Shown here one piece after another: positions 42,989 through 52,915 of a stretch of 64,000 nucleotides of DNA (the stretch's first letter is position 1; each line of letters begins with the position of its first letter). The notes below the pieces were generated by a model. It saw nothing but the letters and a program-made list of their open reading frames with translations, did not search any database and had not been told where the DNA came from. A program made the position numbers and the translations under genes. The stretch comes from Acidimicrobiia bacterium (lineage in GTDB: Bacteria; Actinomycetota; Acidimicrobiia; IMCC26256; PALSA-610): NCBI GenBank assembly GCA_026002935.1, contig BPGH01000001.1, positions 963,557 through 1,027,556 on the forward strand, read 5' to 3'.

Positions 42989-44134
42989 GTGGACCTCTCG
43001 CTGACCGACGCCGAGCGCGACCTCGCCGAGCTGTGCCGCGAGTTCGCGCGCAAGGAGATCGCGGTGCGCGCGCCGCGGGCCTGGTACGAGGGGCGCTGCG
43101 ACACGGACCTGCTGCGGGAGATGGGCGGGCTCGGGCTGCTCGGGATGCTCGTGCCGCCGGAATGGGGTGGCATCGGCATGTCGACGGTCGGCTTCGTCGC
43201 GGCGATGGAGCAGCTCGGGGTGGCCGACCAGTCGGTGGCCGCGGCGTGGCAGGCGCACGTGACGATCGGGTCGCTCCCGCTGTACCTGTTCGGCACCGAC
43301 GAGCAGCGCGAGCGGTGGCTGCGGCCGCTCGCCGAGGGCCGCGCCCTCGGTGCGTTCGGCCTGACGGAGCCCGGCGCCGGCTCCGACGCGCGCGGGATCC
43401 GCACCCGGGCCGAGCGGCGCGACGGCGGCTGGCTGATCAACGGCCGCAAGACGTTCATCTCCAACGCGGGCACCGACATGTCGTTCGGCGTCACGCTGCT
43501 GGCCCGCACCGAGACGCCCGGCGGCGAGCCGGCGTACGCGAACTTCGTGGTGGAGCGCGGCACGCCGGGGTTCACCACGGGTCCGAAGCTGAACGGGATC
43601 GGCTGGCGGGGACTCGACACGCGCGAGCTGTTCTTCGACGACGTGTGGGTGCCGGACGACCACCTGCTCGGCGACCCCGCGACGGGGCTGGGGCAGTTCC
43701 TGCGCACGCTGGAGGTCGGCCGGATCTCGATCGCCGCGCTGTCGCTCAGCCTCACCCAGGCCGTGCTCGACCTCGCGACCGGGTACGCGCGGGAACGGGT
43801 CCAGTTCGGCCAGCCGATCTCGCGCTTCCAGGCGATCCAGTTCAAGCTCGCCGACATCGCGACCGAGCTCGAAGCGGCCCGCTGGCTCACCTACCGCGCC
43901 GCGTGGCTGCGCGACACCGGCCGGCCCTTCGTGAAGGAGGCCGCGATGGCGAAGCTGAAGGCCAGCCGCGTCGCGACGTGGGCGGCGTCGGAGGCCGTCC
44001 AGGTCCACGGCGGGACCGGCTACATGCTCGACTCGCCGGTCGCGCGCTTCTACTGCGACGCGAAGGTGTTGGAGATCGGGGAGGGCACCAACGAGATCCA
44101 ACACCTCGTGATCGCCCGCCAGCTCGGCTGCTGA
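42989..44134 (+). CDS. Acyl-CoA dehydrogenase
   Basis: FGLTEPGAGSD, GRKTFISN, RVQFGQPI, QVHGGTGY, EIGEGTNEIQ. Confidence 0.95.
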   Translation: MDLSLTDAERDLAELCREFARKEIAVRAPRAWYEGRCDTDLLREMGGLGLLGMLVPPEWGGIGMSTVGFVAAMEQLGVADQSVAAAWQAHVTIGSLPLYLFGTDEQRERWLRPLAEGRALGAFGLTEPGAGSDARGIRTRAERRDGGWLINGRKTFISNAGTDMSFGVTLLARTETPGGEPAYANFVVERGTPGFTTGPKLNGIGWRGLDTRELFFDDVWVPDDHLLGDPATGLGQFLRTLEVGRISIAALSLSLTQAVLDLATGYARERVQFGQPISRFQAIQFKLADIATELEAARWLTYRAAWLRDTGRPFVKEAAMAKLKASRVATWAASEAVQVHGGTGYMLDSPVARFYCDAKVLEIGEGTNEIQHLVIARQLGC

Positions 44135-44147
44135 GGCGCCGCGCCGC

Positions 44148-46114
44148 TCAGATGCGCGCCAGGCGGCGCAGCGCCGCCGCGATGTCGTCGCGGTCGGGGA
44201 GCCAGGCCCGCTCGAGCGTCGGCGCGTAGGGCGGCGGGGTGGGCGCGGCGCCGACCCGCACGACGGGCGCGTCGAGGTGCCAGAACCCGGCGTCGGCGGC
44301 GAGCGCCGCGATCTCCGCACCGATCCCGAACGGGACGACGGCCTCGTGCGCGACGAGCAGCCGGCTCGTCCGCTCGAGCGAGGCGAGGATCGTGGCGGTG
44401 TCGAGGGGCGCGACGGTCCGCAGGTCGACCACCTCGACCGAGATGCCCTCGGCCGCCACGGCCTCGGCCGCGGCGAGCGCCTCGTGCACCATCCGCGACA
44501 CCGACACGACGGTGACGTCGCTGCCCTCGCGTGACGACGCGGGCGCGCCCGATCGGCACGACGTGATCGGCCGGCGGGCCTCGGGCCCTTCGTGCCGTAC
44601 AGCAGCCGGTTCTCGACGAAGACGACCGGGTTCGGGTCCTGGATCGCGGCGCGCAGCAGCCCGTAGGTGTCGGCCGGCGTCGAGGGCATCACGACGGTCA
44701 GCCCCGGCACGTGCGCGAGCAGTGCCTCGAGGCTCTGCGAGTGCTGGCTCCCCGACGAGCGGCCGGCACCGAACTGGGTGCGGACGGTGAGGGCCATGGC
44801 GGCCCGGCCGCCGGTCATGAAGGGGAGCTTCGCCGCCTGGTTGAGGAGCTGGTCGAGGCAGACGCCGACGAAGTCGAGGTACATCAGCTCGACCACCGGT
44901 CGCAGGCCGGCCATCGCGGCGCCGACGCCGAGGCCGACGATCGCCGTCTCGGAGATGGGGGTGTCGCGGACCCGGTCGCCGAACCGCTCGCGCAGGCCCC
45001 GGGTCAGCCCGAACACGTTGCCGCCCTCGCCGACGTCGATGCCGGCGAGGAAGACGCGCTCGTCGCGCTCGAGCTCGACCGCGAGCGCGTCACGGATCGC
45101 GTCCATCGTGCGGAACTCGGGCGCACCGGGGGCCGGCGGAGGGGGTTCGGGGTGGGCCGGGCGTTCGTGCACCACGTAGTACGTGAGCGTCCCGGGGTCG
45201 GGTGCCGGCGACCGCCGGGCGGCGTCGAGCGCCTCGTCGAGCGAGCGCCCGACCGCGGCCTCGAGCGCCTGCACCTCCCCGTCGGCGACACCGGCAGCGC
45301 GCAGCCGGCGCGCGTGCACGAGCAGCGGGTCGCGCCCGGCCCACTCGGCGACCTCTTCCTCGGTGCGGTAGCGCTGCGGGTCGCCCTCGTAGTGCCCGTG
45401 GTGCCGGTAGGTGAACGCCTCGACGATCGTCGGCCCCTCGCCCGCGCGCGCCCGCTCGACCGCCCCGGCCGCCGCGGTCGCGACCGCCACCACGTCGTTC
45501 CCGTCCACCGCCGTGTAGGGGACGCCGTAGCCGGCCGCGCGGCGTTCGAGCGGTGCGGCGTGCTGGGTCGGTGCGGGCGAGAACTCGGCGTACCCGTTGT
45601 TCTCGCAGAAGAAGACGACCGGCAGCCGCCAGACCGCGGCGAGGTTGACCGCCTCGTGGAACGCGCCCGCGGCGACCGCGCCGTCGCCGAAGAACGCGAC
45701 CGCGACCGAGCCGTCGCCGCGCAGGCGTGCGGCCCACGCGGCACCGACGGCGATCGGCAGGCCTGCGGCGACGATCCCGTTCGCGCCGAAGATGCCGATC
45801 CCGGGATCCGCGACGTGCATCGAGCCGCCGCGGCCGCGGTTGGTGCCGTCGGCGCGCGCGAGCAGCTCGGCGAACATCGGGAACGGGTCGAGTCCCTTGG
45901 CGAGGCAGTGCCCGTGCCCGCGGTGCGTCGACGTGATCACGTCGGCCGGGCGCAGCGGCCAGCACGCGCCGACGGCGGCCGCCTCCTGGCCGATGGACAG
46001 GTGCACGAAGCCGGGCACCTCGCCTGCGCGGTAGCAGGCTGCGACCCGCTGCTCGAACCCGCGCACGACCAGCATCCGCCGGTGCATCTCGAGGAGGTCG
46101 GCGCCGGTGAACAC
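44148..46114 (-). CDS. Fused alpha/beta ThDP-dependent 2-oxoacid/acetoin dehydrogenase E1; indels near 44530-44580
   Basis: HLSIGQEA, THRGHGH, FGDGA...ENN, YRHHGH; DTPISE, SQHSQS, VVDLRTVAPLD. Confidence 0.9.
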
Positions 46115-46122
46115 GGAAGGTC

Positions 46123-46139
46123 TACTGTACTGGTCGGTA
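46123..46139. promoter_or_regulatory. TetR-type operator 3
   Basis: TACTGTACTGGTCGGTA (intact right half, one extra base in left half), between the divergent E1 and SDR genes. Confidence 0.6.
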
Positions 46140-46157
46140 CAAGAATCGGGGCGGTGC

Positions 46158-46934
46158 ATGGCCGACATCGAGATCCCGGACTCGTTCCCCGGCGCCGGTG
46201 ACGTGGCGGGCAAGCGGGTCGTGGTCACGGGCGCGGGCCGCGGGCTCGGGCGGTTGCTCGCCCACGCGTTCTCGGGCGCGGGCGCCCGCGTCGCCCTCGT
46301 GGCCCGCACCGAGCGCGACCTGAAGGCGGTCGCGGCGGAGCTGCCGGGGCCGGCGATCGTGTGCCCGGGCGACGTCACCGACGCCGCGTTCAACGAGGCG
46401 GTCGCCGACGCGGCCGTCGCCGAGTGGGGCGGCCTCGACGTGTGGATCTCCAACGCGGGCATCTCGCCGGTCGTCTCGGGGCCGCGCGGCACGGACCCCG
46501 CGCTGTGGCGGCGCGTCCTCGACGTCAACCTCACGGGCGCGTTCCTCGGCGCGCGGGCGGCGGCGCGGGTGATGGGCTCCGGCGGCCGCATCATCTGCAC
46601 GGGGTCGGTGCTCGGGGAGCGGCCCCGCGCGGGGCTCGCCGCGTACTGTGCCGCGAAGGCCGGCCTGGTCGGCATGGCCAAGGCGCTCGCGCTCGACCTC
46701 GCGCCGGCGGGGGTCACCGTCAACGTCGTCGCGCCCGGCTGGTTCGACTCGCCCCTCGCGAGCGCGTGGAAGGAGGACCCGGGGCTCGCGGCCTCGGTCG
46801 TCGACCACACCGCACTGCGCCGGTGGGGCGGCCCGACCGACCTCCCCGGCGCGTACCTGTTCCTCGCGTCGGACGCGTCCGGCTTCGTGACCGGGTCGGT
46901 GCTCCCCGTCGACGGCGGGTACCTGCTCGTATGA
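46158..46934 (+). CDS. Short-chain dehydrogenase/reductase
   Basis: TGAGRGLG, SNAG, YCAAK, VDGG. Confidence 0.92.
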   Translation: MADIEIPDSFPGAGDVAGKRVVVTGAGRGLGRLLAHAFSGAGARVALVARTERDLKAVAAELPGPAIVCPGDVTDAAFNEAVADAAVAEWGGLDVWISNAGISPVVSGPRGTDPALWRRVLDVNLTGAFLGARAAARVMGSGGRIICTGSVLGERPRAGLAAYCAAKAGLVGMAKALALDLAPAGVTVNVVAPGWFDSPLASAWKEDPGLAASVVDHTALRRWGGPTDLPGAYLFLASDASGFVTGSVLPVDGGYLLV

Positions 46935-47699
46935 ACGGCGCCGCTGCCGGGACGCCGCCCAGCCGGCGGGTCGTCGTCATCACCGGCGCGGGCGGCGCGC
47001 TCGGCGCCGCGCTCTCCCGCCACTTCGCGGGCGAGCCGGGCACCGACGTGGTGCTCAGCGACGTGAGCGGCGAGTCGCTCGACGCGACGCTCGCCGGCCT
47101 GCCGGAGGTGCGCGGCGCCGTCGAGACCTGCATCGCCGACGTGGGCGACCTCGCCCAGGTCGAGGCGGTCGTCGGGCGCGCGACCGACGCGTTCGGCCGC
47201 GTCGACGTGCTGATCTCGAACGCGGGGGTGCTGTCCCCCAACGGCCGCATCCACAACCTGACCACCGACGACTGGGAGCGGGCGTTCCGGGTCAACGTGC
47301 TCGGCGCGGTGAACGGGATCCGTGCGGTGGTGCCGGTGATGCGGGCGCAGCGGTCGGGATCGATCGTGCTCACGGCGTCGGTGTCGGGCCTCACGGCCTG
47401 GTCGCACGCCGCGCCCTACTGCGTCACGAAGGCCGGTGTGGTCCACCTCGCGAAGGTCGCCGCGCTCGAGTACGCGCGCGACGGCATCCGCGTGAACTGC
47501 GTGTGCCCCGGCACGTTCCGTCTCGGGCATCCACGCGGGCCTGCCGCCGGAGGCGATCGACGCGATCGCGGCCCGCCACCCGCTCGGTCTCGGTGCCCCG
47601 GCGGACCTCGTCGGCGCGTACGCCTACCTGGCGGGCGACGCGTCGCGGTGGACTACCGGCGCCGCGCTGGTGGTCGACGGCGGCTACTCGGCGCCGTGA
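46931..47699 (+). CDS. Short-chain dehydrogenase/reductase; indel near 47522
   Basis: TGAGGALG, SNAG, YCVTK, VNCVCPG, then WTTGAALVVDGGYSAP in the shifted frame. Confidence 0.88.
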
Positions 47700-48342
47700 C
47701 CGGACCGGCCGCGATCCCGCGGACGAACAGGTCGGCGAACGGCTTGGCCACGTCGCGGGCCGACAGGCGGCCGCCCGGCTTGAGCCACAGGTACGTGTAG
47801 TTGTGCATGCCGAGCCACGCGAGGGCCGTGAGCCGCGGGTCGACGTCGCGGAACTCGCCGGACTCGATCCCTTCGCGCAGCACCGACTCGACCCGCTTCT
47901 CGTACTCGCGCCGGCGGGCGCGGAAGCGCTTCGCGCGCTCGCCGGTGAGCGCGGGGAACTCGTGGAGGAACACCCAAACGTGGTCGGGATAGCGTGCGAT
48001 CACGTCGAGCAGCTCGTCGCCGAGCATCGCGAGGCGGGCGGACGGCGAGCCTCCGGTCGCGTCCACCCGGTTCGCGCCCGCCATCACCTCGTCCATCACG
48101 CGGTCGTGGATGGCGGCGAGCAACGCCTCCTTCGAACCGATGTAGTGGTACAGCGTGCCCTTGCCGAGCCCGTTCGCCTCGCAGAGGTCGTTGAGCCCGG
48201 TCGCGTGGTAGCCGCGCTCCGCGAACACGCGCGCCGAGGTGTCGACGATGGCGGCGAGGCGTGCCTCCCACCGGGGGCTGCGCCGCCGGCCCGCGCGGGC
48301 CGCGCCGGCGCGGCCGGTGGCCTCGGGCCTGGCGTCGGCCAT
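47653..48342 (-). CDS. TetR/AcrR-family regulator (KstR2/PaaR-like C-terminus)
   Basis: FAERGYHATGLNDLCEANGLGKGTLYHYIGSKEALL; GIESGEFRDVD...LGMHNYTYLW. Confidence 0.92.
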   Translation of the reverse strand: MADARPEATGRAGAARAGRRRSPRWEARLAAIVDTSARVFAERGYHATGLNDLCEANGLGKGTLYHYIGSKEALLAAIHDRVMDEVMAGANRVDATGGSPSARLAMLGDELLDVIARYPDHVWVFLHEFPALTGERAKRFRARRREYEKRVESVLREGIESGEFRDVDPRLTALAWLGMHNYTYLWLKPGGRLSARDVAKPFADLFVRGIAAGPVTAPSSRRRPPARRR

Positions 48343-48429
48343 GCGGTGCTCCTCGGGACTCCTCGGGGCCGTACGGGCGCCCGCGGGCGCCGGCCCGGCC
48401 GGCCCGCGTGCCGGGTCCGGTGCTGAATA

Positions 48430-48445
48430 TACTGAACGGTCGGTA
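48430..48445. promoter_or_regulatory. TetR-type operator 4 (autoregulatory position)
   Basis: TACTGAACGGTCGGTA, 14/16 match, between tetR and the CoA ligase. Confidence 0.75.
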
Positions 48446-48465
48446 CAGGCAGCGGTGAGGGGCCG

Positions 48466-49986
48466 ATGCGGGCGGACGTGAACTGGTTCACGGTGCTCAG
48501 CCACCACGCCCTCCGTACGCCCGACCACCCGATCGCCCGCGCCGGCGACGAGACCGTCACCTACGGCGAGATGGCCGCGCGCGCGACCGCGCTCGCCGGG
48601 GGCCTCCACCGACGCGGGGTCGGGCCGGGAGACGTGGTGGCGCTGCTCGCCTACAACTGCATCGAGTTCCTCGAGACGATCTTCGCAGCCAACCGTCTCG
48701 GGGCGATCGCGATGCCCGTCAACTGGCGCCTCGCGGCGCCGGAGGTGCGCTACATCCTCGAGCACTCCGGGGCGCGCGCGCTCGTGTGCGACGCCGAGCT
48801 GGCCGCGCTCGCGGGGGATGCCACGGCCGGCACGACCCTCGCCCCGGTGCGCGTGTGCGTCGACGGCGAACCGCCCGGGTGGGAACCGCTCCCCGCGGTC
48901 CGGTCGGCGCAGGACGCGCCGGCGCCCCCCCTCGTCGGCGGCGACGACGTCCACCGGCTCATGTACACGTCGGGCACGACGGGGCGCCCGAAGGGCGTGA
49001 TGATCACCCATGCGAACCTTGCCTGGAAGAACCTCGCCCACCTCGTCGAGTTCGGGTTCACGAGCGCGGACGTCGGGCTGGCGTGCGGTCCGCTCTACCA
49101 CGTCGGCGCGCTCGACCTCACGACCACGACGCTGATCGCCGCGGGTGCGACGACGATCGTCCACCGCACCTTCGACGCCGCGGCCGTGGTGGAGGAGATC
49201 GAGCGGTCCCGGGTGACGACCCTCTGGCTGGCGCCCGCGATGGTCAACGCGATCATGGCGCTGCCCGACCTGGACGGGCGCGACCTCTCCTCGGTGCGCG
49301 TCGTCGTCAACGGCGGCGAGAAGATGCCGATCCCGCTCATCGAGCGGATCCAGCGCACGTTCCCGTCCGCGTGGTTCGCGGACGCGTACGGGCTGACCGA
49401 GACGGTGTCGGGCGACACGTTCCTCGACCGCGACAGCATCATCCGCAAGCTCGGCAGCGTCGGCCGCCCGTGCCTGCACCTCGAACTGGACGTGTGGGAC
49501 GACGACGGCCGCCCGGTGCCGCCGGGCGAGCCGGGCGAGATCGTGCTGCGCGGCCCGAAGGTGTTCAAGGGCTACTGGCGCGACCCCGAGGCAACGGCGG
49601 CCGCGTTCGCCGGGGGATGGTTCCACACCGGCGACGTGGGCGTGCGCGACGAGGACGGCTACCTGTGGGTCGTCGACCGCAAGAAGGACATGATCGTGTC
49701 GGGCGGCGAGAACATCGCGAGCTCGGAGGTGGAGCGCGTGCTGTACGAGCACCCCGCGGTGCTCGAGGCCGCGGTCGTCGCGCGGCCCGACGAGCGGTGG
49801 GGCGAGGTACCGGTCGCGTTCGTCGTGGCGCGGCCCGGCATCGCGGTCACCGCCGACGCCCTGGTCGAGCACTGCCGCTCGCAGCTCGCCCGGTTCAAGG
49901 TGCCGAAGGACGTCGTGTTCCTCGACGCGCTGCCCCGCAACCCGTCGGGCAAGGTGCTCAAGCGCGAGCTGCGCGACCGGGTGTAG
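48466..49986 (+). CDS. Acyl-CoA synthetase / AMP-dependent ligase
   Basis: YTSGTTGRPKG, YGLTE, FHTGD, DRKKDMIVSGGENI, PRNPSGKVLK. Confidence 0.95.
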   Translation: MRADVNWFTVLSHHALRTPDHPIARAGDETVTYGEMAARATALAGGLHRRGVGPGDVVALLAYNCIEFLETIFAANRLGAIAMPVNWRLAAPEVRYILEHSGARALVCDAELAALAGDATAGTTLAPVRVCVDGEPPGWEPLPAVRSAQDAPAPPLVGGDDVHRLMYTSGTTGRPKGVMITHANLAWKNLAHLVEFGFTSADVGLACGPLYHVGALDLTTTTLIAAGATTIVHRTFDAAAVVEEIERSRVTTLWLAPAMVNAIMALPDLDGRDLSSVRVVVNGGEKMPIPLIERIQRTFPSAWFADAYGLTETVSGDTFLDRDSIIRKLGSVGRPCLHLELDVWDDDGRPVPPGEPGEIVLRGPKVFKGYWRDPEATAAAFAGGWFHTGDVGVRDEDGYLWVVDRKKDMIVSGGENIASSEVERVLYEHPAVLEAAVVARPDERWGEVPVAFVVARPGIAVTADALVEHCRSQLARFKVPKDVVFLDALPRNPSGKVLKRELRDRV

Positions 49987-51034
49987 CCGGCGCGCCCGCG
50001 ACCCCCCTCGGGAGCGGCACCGGCAGGTCGTTGTAGGTCACGATGCCGGGTGGTGCGGCGACCACCCGCGGGATCGCGTTCACCGCGGGCATCGCGGTCA
50101 TGATCATCCCGAGCACCATGAAGTCGGAGAACGACGTGAACTCGAAGTCGGGCGGCGGCAGGAGCTCGATGCGTGTGCGCACGGTCGGGCGCCCCTCGAC
50201 CTCGATCAGGTAGCCGTCCTCGATCGGCCAGTCGGGATCGAGCGTCGTGCCCTTCTTCCAGCGCACGCGCAGGTCGACGAGCGTGCGCCCCCCGACCCGG
50301 CCCTGCCAGCTCGCGGCGATCCCCGCGACGCAGCCGGCGGGGATCGACCAGGAGCCGAGGTCGAGGTCCGCGGTGGTCCGCGCGTACTCCGCCTCGCAGG
50401 CGATCTCGTCGAACTCGACGCCGAGCGCGTCGCCGACCAGGGCGACCGCCTCGGCGAAGACAGCCGTGCCGTGCGCCGTCATGGCGGGCAGGTCCGGGTC
50501 GCCCATCGGCCGGCCGAAGCCGGCGGGGCGCTCGGTCTCGGGCGAGTCGTACAGCGTCGTGTCGGCGGCCTCGGAGATCGTGACCTTGTCGACCCGGTCG
50601 CAGAGGTTCGCCGTGACGATCGTGATCAGCTCGGCGAGGCCGGGGTTGATGCCGGTGCCGAACATCGTCGACCCGCCCCGTTCGCAGGCGCGCACGATTC
50701 GGTCGCGTCCCTCACCCAGGTTGCGCCCCGTGATGAACGCGGCGGTGCTGACCACGTTCGCCCCCGACTCCAGGATGCGGACGAGCTCGTCGACGTCCTG
50801 CCACATCGGGTTGTAGAGCACGCAGTCGGGGCGGAGCGCGAGCAGCGCGTCGACGTCGTTCGTCGCCGCAACCCCGACGGGGTCGATGCCGCACAGCTCG
50901 CCCACGTCGCGCCCGACCTTGTCCGGTGACCACGCGTAGCAGCCGACCAGCTCGAGGTCGGGGTGACCGGCGACGGCCCGCACCGACCGCTTGCCCACGT
51001 TGCCGGTCGTCCACTGCACGACCCGGATCGTCAT
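49958..51034 (-). CDS. Dihydrodipicolinate reductase-like NAD(P)-dependent oxidoreductase
   Basis: RVVQWTTGNVG, KVGRDVGELCG, GTGINPG, AVNAIPRVVAAPPGI. Confidence 0.85.
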   Translation of the reverse strand: MTIRVVQWTTGNVGKRSVRAVAGHPDLELVGCYAWSPDKVGRDVGELCGIDPVGVAATNDVDALLALRPDCVLYNPMWQDVDELVRILESGANVVSTAAFITGRNLGEGRDRIVRACERGGSTMFGTGINPGLAELITIVTANLCDRVDKVTISEAADTTLYDSPETERPAGFGRPMGDPDLPAMTAHGTAVFAEAVALVGDALGVEFDEIACEAEYARTTADLDLGSWSIPAGCVAGIAASWQGRVGGRTLVDLRVRWKKGTTLDPDWPIEDGYLIEVEGRPTVRTRIELLPPPDFEFTSFSDFMVLGMIMTAMPAVNAIPRVVAAPPGIVTYNDLPVPLPRGVAGAPATPGRAARA

Positions 51035-51068
51035 CGCTGCCTCCCGTCCCTCTCGCCCTGCGAACGGC

Positions 51069-51713
51069 TCAGCGGTCGCGGGGCCCCGGGGGCGGCGGTC
51101 CTCGCGGATCGCGCGCTCCAGCATCCCGATCACCCAGGTGACCCCGCGGATCGCCTCGTCCCGCCCGAGGCCCCAGTCGTTCACGAGCCGTTCGTACGAG
51201 CCGACCGACCACAACACGTCGAGCATCGCCGCCGCGAGGGTCCGGTCGGCCGACGACCAGCGCGCCGCGTGCTGCTTCACGCCGCGAGCAGGGCGTCGTG
51301 CTGGCGCCGGTTCGCCTCGAGCAGCGTCGGGTCGAGCCGCCGGGGCCGGGCCAGCGGGTACGACGACACGTGCCGGAGGATCCGTGCCGCGAGATCGGCG
51401 ACGTCCCGAGGTCCAGCTCGGAGAAGTCGACGCCGACCTCCTGTTCGAGGCGGTGCATGACCGCGTCGCGCAGCGCACGTTCGTTCGCGAAGTGCCGGTA
51501 CACGGTGCGCTCGTTCACCCCGGCGCGCGCGGCGACGGCCCGGATCGTGATGCCGCGCCAGTCGCGGATCGACGACGACTCCCGCAGCAGCTCGGCGCCG
51601 GCGGCGACGATCCGGTCTCGGGTCTGGGCCGCGCGCTCGCGCCGCAGGGTGTTGTCGTAGCGGCGCCGGGCCGGCGCCGGGCCCCGGCCCGGCGGGGTGC
51701 GGCCGCCGGTCAC
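51069..51713 (-). CDS. TetR-family regulator; several indels, 3' end uncertain
   Basis: RRYDNTLRRERAAQTRDRIV, TIRAVAARAGVNERTVYRHF; LDVLWSVGSYERL in another frame. Confidence 0.8.
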   Translation of the reverse strand: MTGGRTPPGRGPAPARRRYDNTLRRERAAQTRDRIVAAGAELLRESSSIRDWRGITIRAVAARAGVNERTVYRHFANERALRDAVMHRLEQEVGVDFSELDLGTSPISRHGSSGTCRRTRWPGPGGSTRRCSRRTGASTTPCSRREAARGALVVGRPDPRGGDARRVVVGRLVRTARERLGPRAGRGDPRGHLGDRDAGARDPRGPPPPGPRDR

Positions 51714-52915
51714 GGCAGGATCGCGGGGAGCGTCTCGTACCCCCGCACCGTCGACGTGGGTGCGATCCTGGCCCGGTCGAGGTCGACGTCCCACTCGGGG
51801 AAGCGGTTCAGCACCTCGTCGAGGGCGATGCGGCCCTCCAGGCGGGCGAGCGCCGCACCGAGGCAGTAGTGGATGCCGAAGCCGAAGGCGAGGTGCTGGC
51901 CGATCCTCCGGTGGATGTCGAACCGCTCCGCGTCCGGCCAGCGGCGCTCGTCACGGTTGGCGGCGGACACGACGAACAGGATCGCGCTCCCCGCGGGCAC
52001 CTTCTGCCCGTGGATCTCCGCGTCCTCGGGCACGTAGCGGCCGATCTGCGGTCCGGGCGACTCGTACCGCAGCAGCTCCTCGATCGCGTTGGGGATGAGC
52101 GACCGGTCCTCGACGAGCTCGCGCCGCTGGTCGGGGTGCTCGGCGAGGACCTTCCCGGTCCAGCCGATGAGCCGGGTCGTCGTCTCGTTGCCGGCGCCGG
52201 CCACGACCGTCGTGTACAGGAGGGCCTCCTCCCGGGTGAGGGTGCGGCGGACGCCGTGCTCGTCCTCGAACTCGGTGTGCAGGAGTTCGGTCATCAGGTC
52301 GTCGGACGGGTGCTCGATCCGCCAGTCGATGTACTCCTCGAACATCTCCGCCCCGAAGGTGAGCTCGTCACCCACGTGCATCGCCTCGCCCGCCTTCGTG
52401 CGCAGGCGGGCGTCCGCGTTGTCGCGCACGGCCTCCTGGTCGGCCTCGGGGATCCCGAAGAGCATCCCGATCACGCGCATCGGCATCTGCGCGCCGAGGT
52501 CCTTGATGAAGTCGAACTCGCGCTCGCCGACGAGCGGGTCGAGGCTGCGGGCGCAGTACTCGCGGATCTTCGGCTCGAGCTCCGCGACCCGCCGCGGCGT
52601 GAACACCCGGGAGAGCAGCGCGCGGTGCACGTCGTGGGCCGGCGGGTCCTCGAAGATGAGGTTGCCGGGCGGCATCTCGACGTTCGCCTTGATCAGCTCC
52701 AGGATCCCGCCGCGGCCGGAGATGTACCGCTTCGCGTCGACGAGGCCGCGCTCGCAGTCCTCGTATCGGGTGACGGCGTAGAAGTCGAGCTTCTCGTTGT
52801 AGTAGAGCGGCGCCTCGTCGCGCATCCGCTTGTAGAGCGGGTACGGGTCGGGGTCGTTGATCGCCGTGTACGGGTCGTAGTAGAGGTCCGGTGCGGTGGT
52901 CGTCTCGCCCGTCAT
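51710..52915 (-). CDS. Cytochrome P450
   Basis: AGNETT, EELLRY, HLAFGFGIHYCLG. Confidence 0.97.
   Translation of the reverse strand: MTGETTTAPDLYYDPYTAINDPDPYPLYKRMRDEAPLYYNEKLDFYAVTRYEDCERGLVDAKRYISGRGGILELIKANVEMPPGNLIFEDPPAHDVHRALLSRVFTPRRVAELEPKIREYCARSLDPLVGEREFDFIKDLGAQMPMRVIGMLFGIPEADQEAVRDNADARLRTKAGEAMHVGDELTFGAEMFEEYIDWRIEHPSDDLMTELLHTEFEDEHGVRRTLTREEALLYTTVVAGAGNETTTRLIGWTGKVLAEHPDQRRELVEDRSLIPNAIEELLRYESPGPQIGRYVPEDAEIHGQKVPAGSAILFVVSAANRDERRWPDAERFDIHRRIGQHLAFGFGIHYCLGAALARLEGRIALDEVLNRFPEWDVDLDRARIAPTSTVRGYETLPAILP

Noticed and set aside
32981-49986. Cholesterol (KstR/KstR2) catabolic cluster
   Set aside because: Despite a FadE34-like ACAD and KstR2-like TetR, no kstD, hsa or ipdAB genes are present and the operator is not the KstR2 AnCAAGnnCTTGnT motif
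49958-51478. TetR-DapB-like fusion protein
   Set aside because: The reductase has its own GGAGG RBS and ATG at 51034; the run-through is probably due to indels in the TetR 3' end
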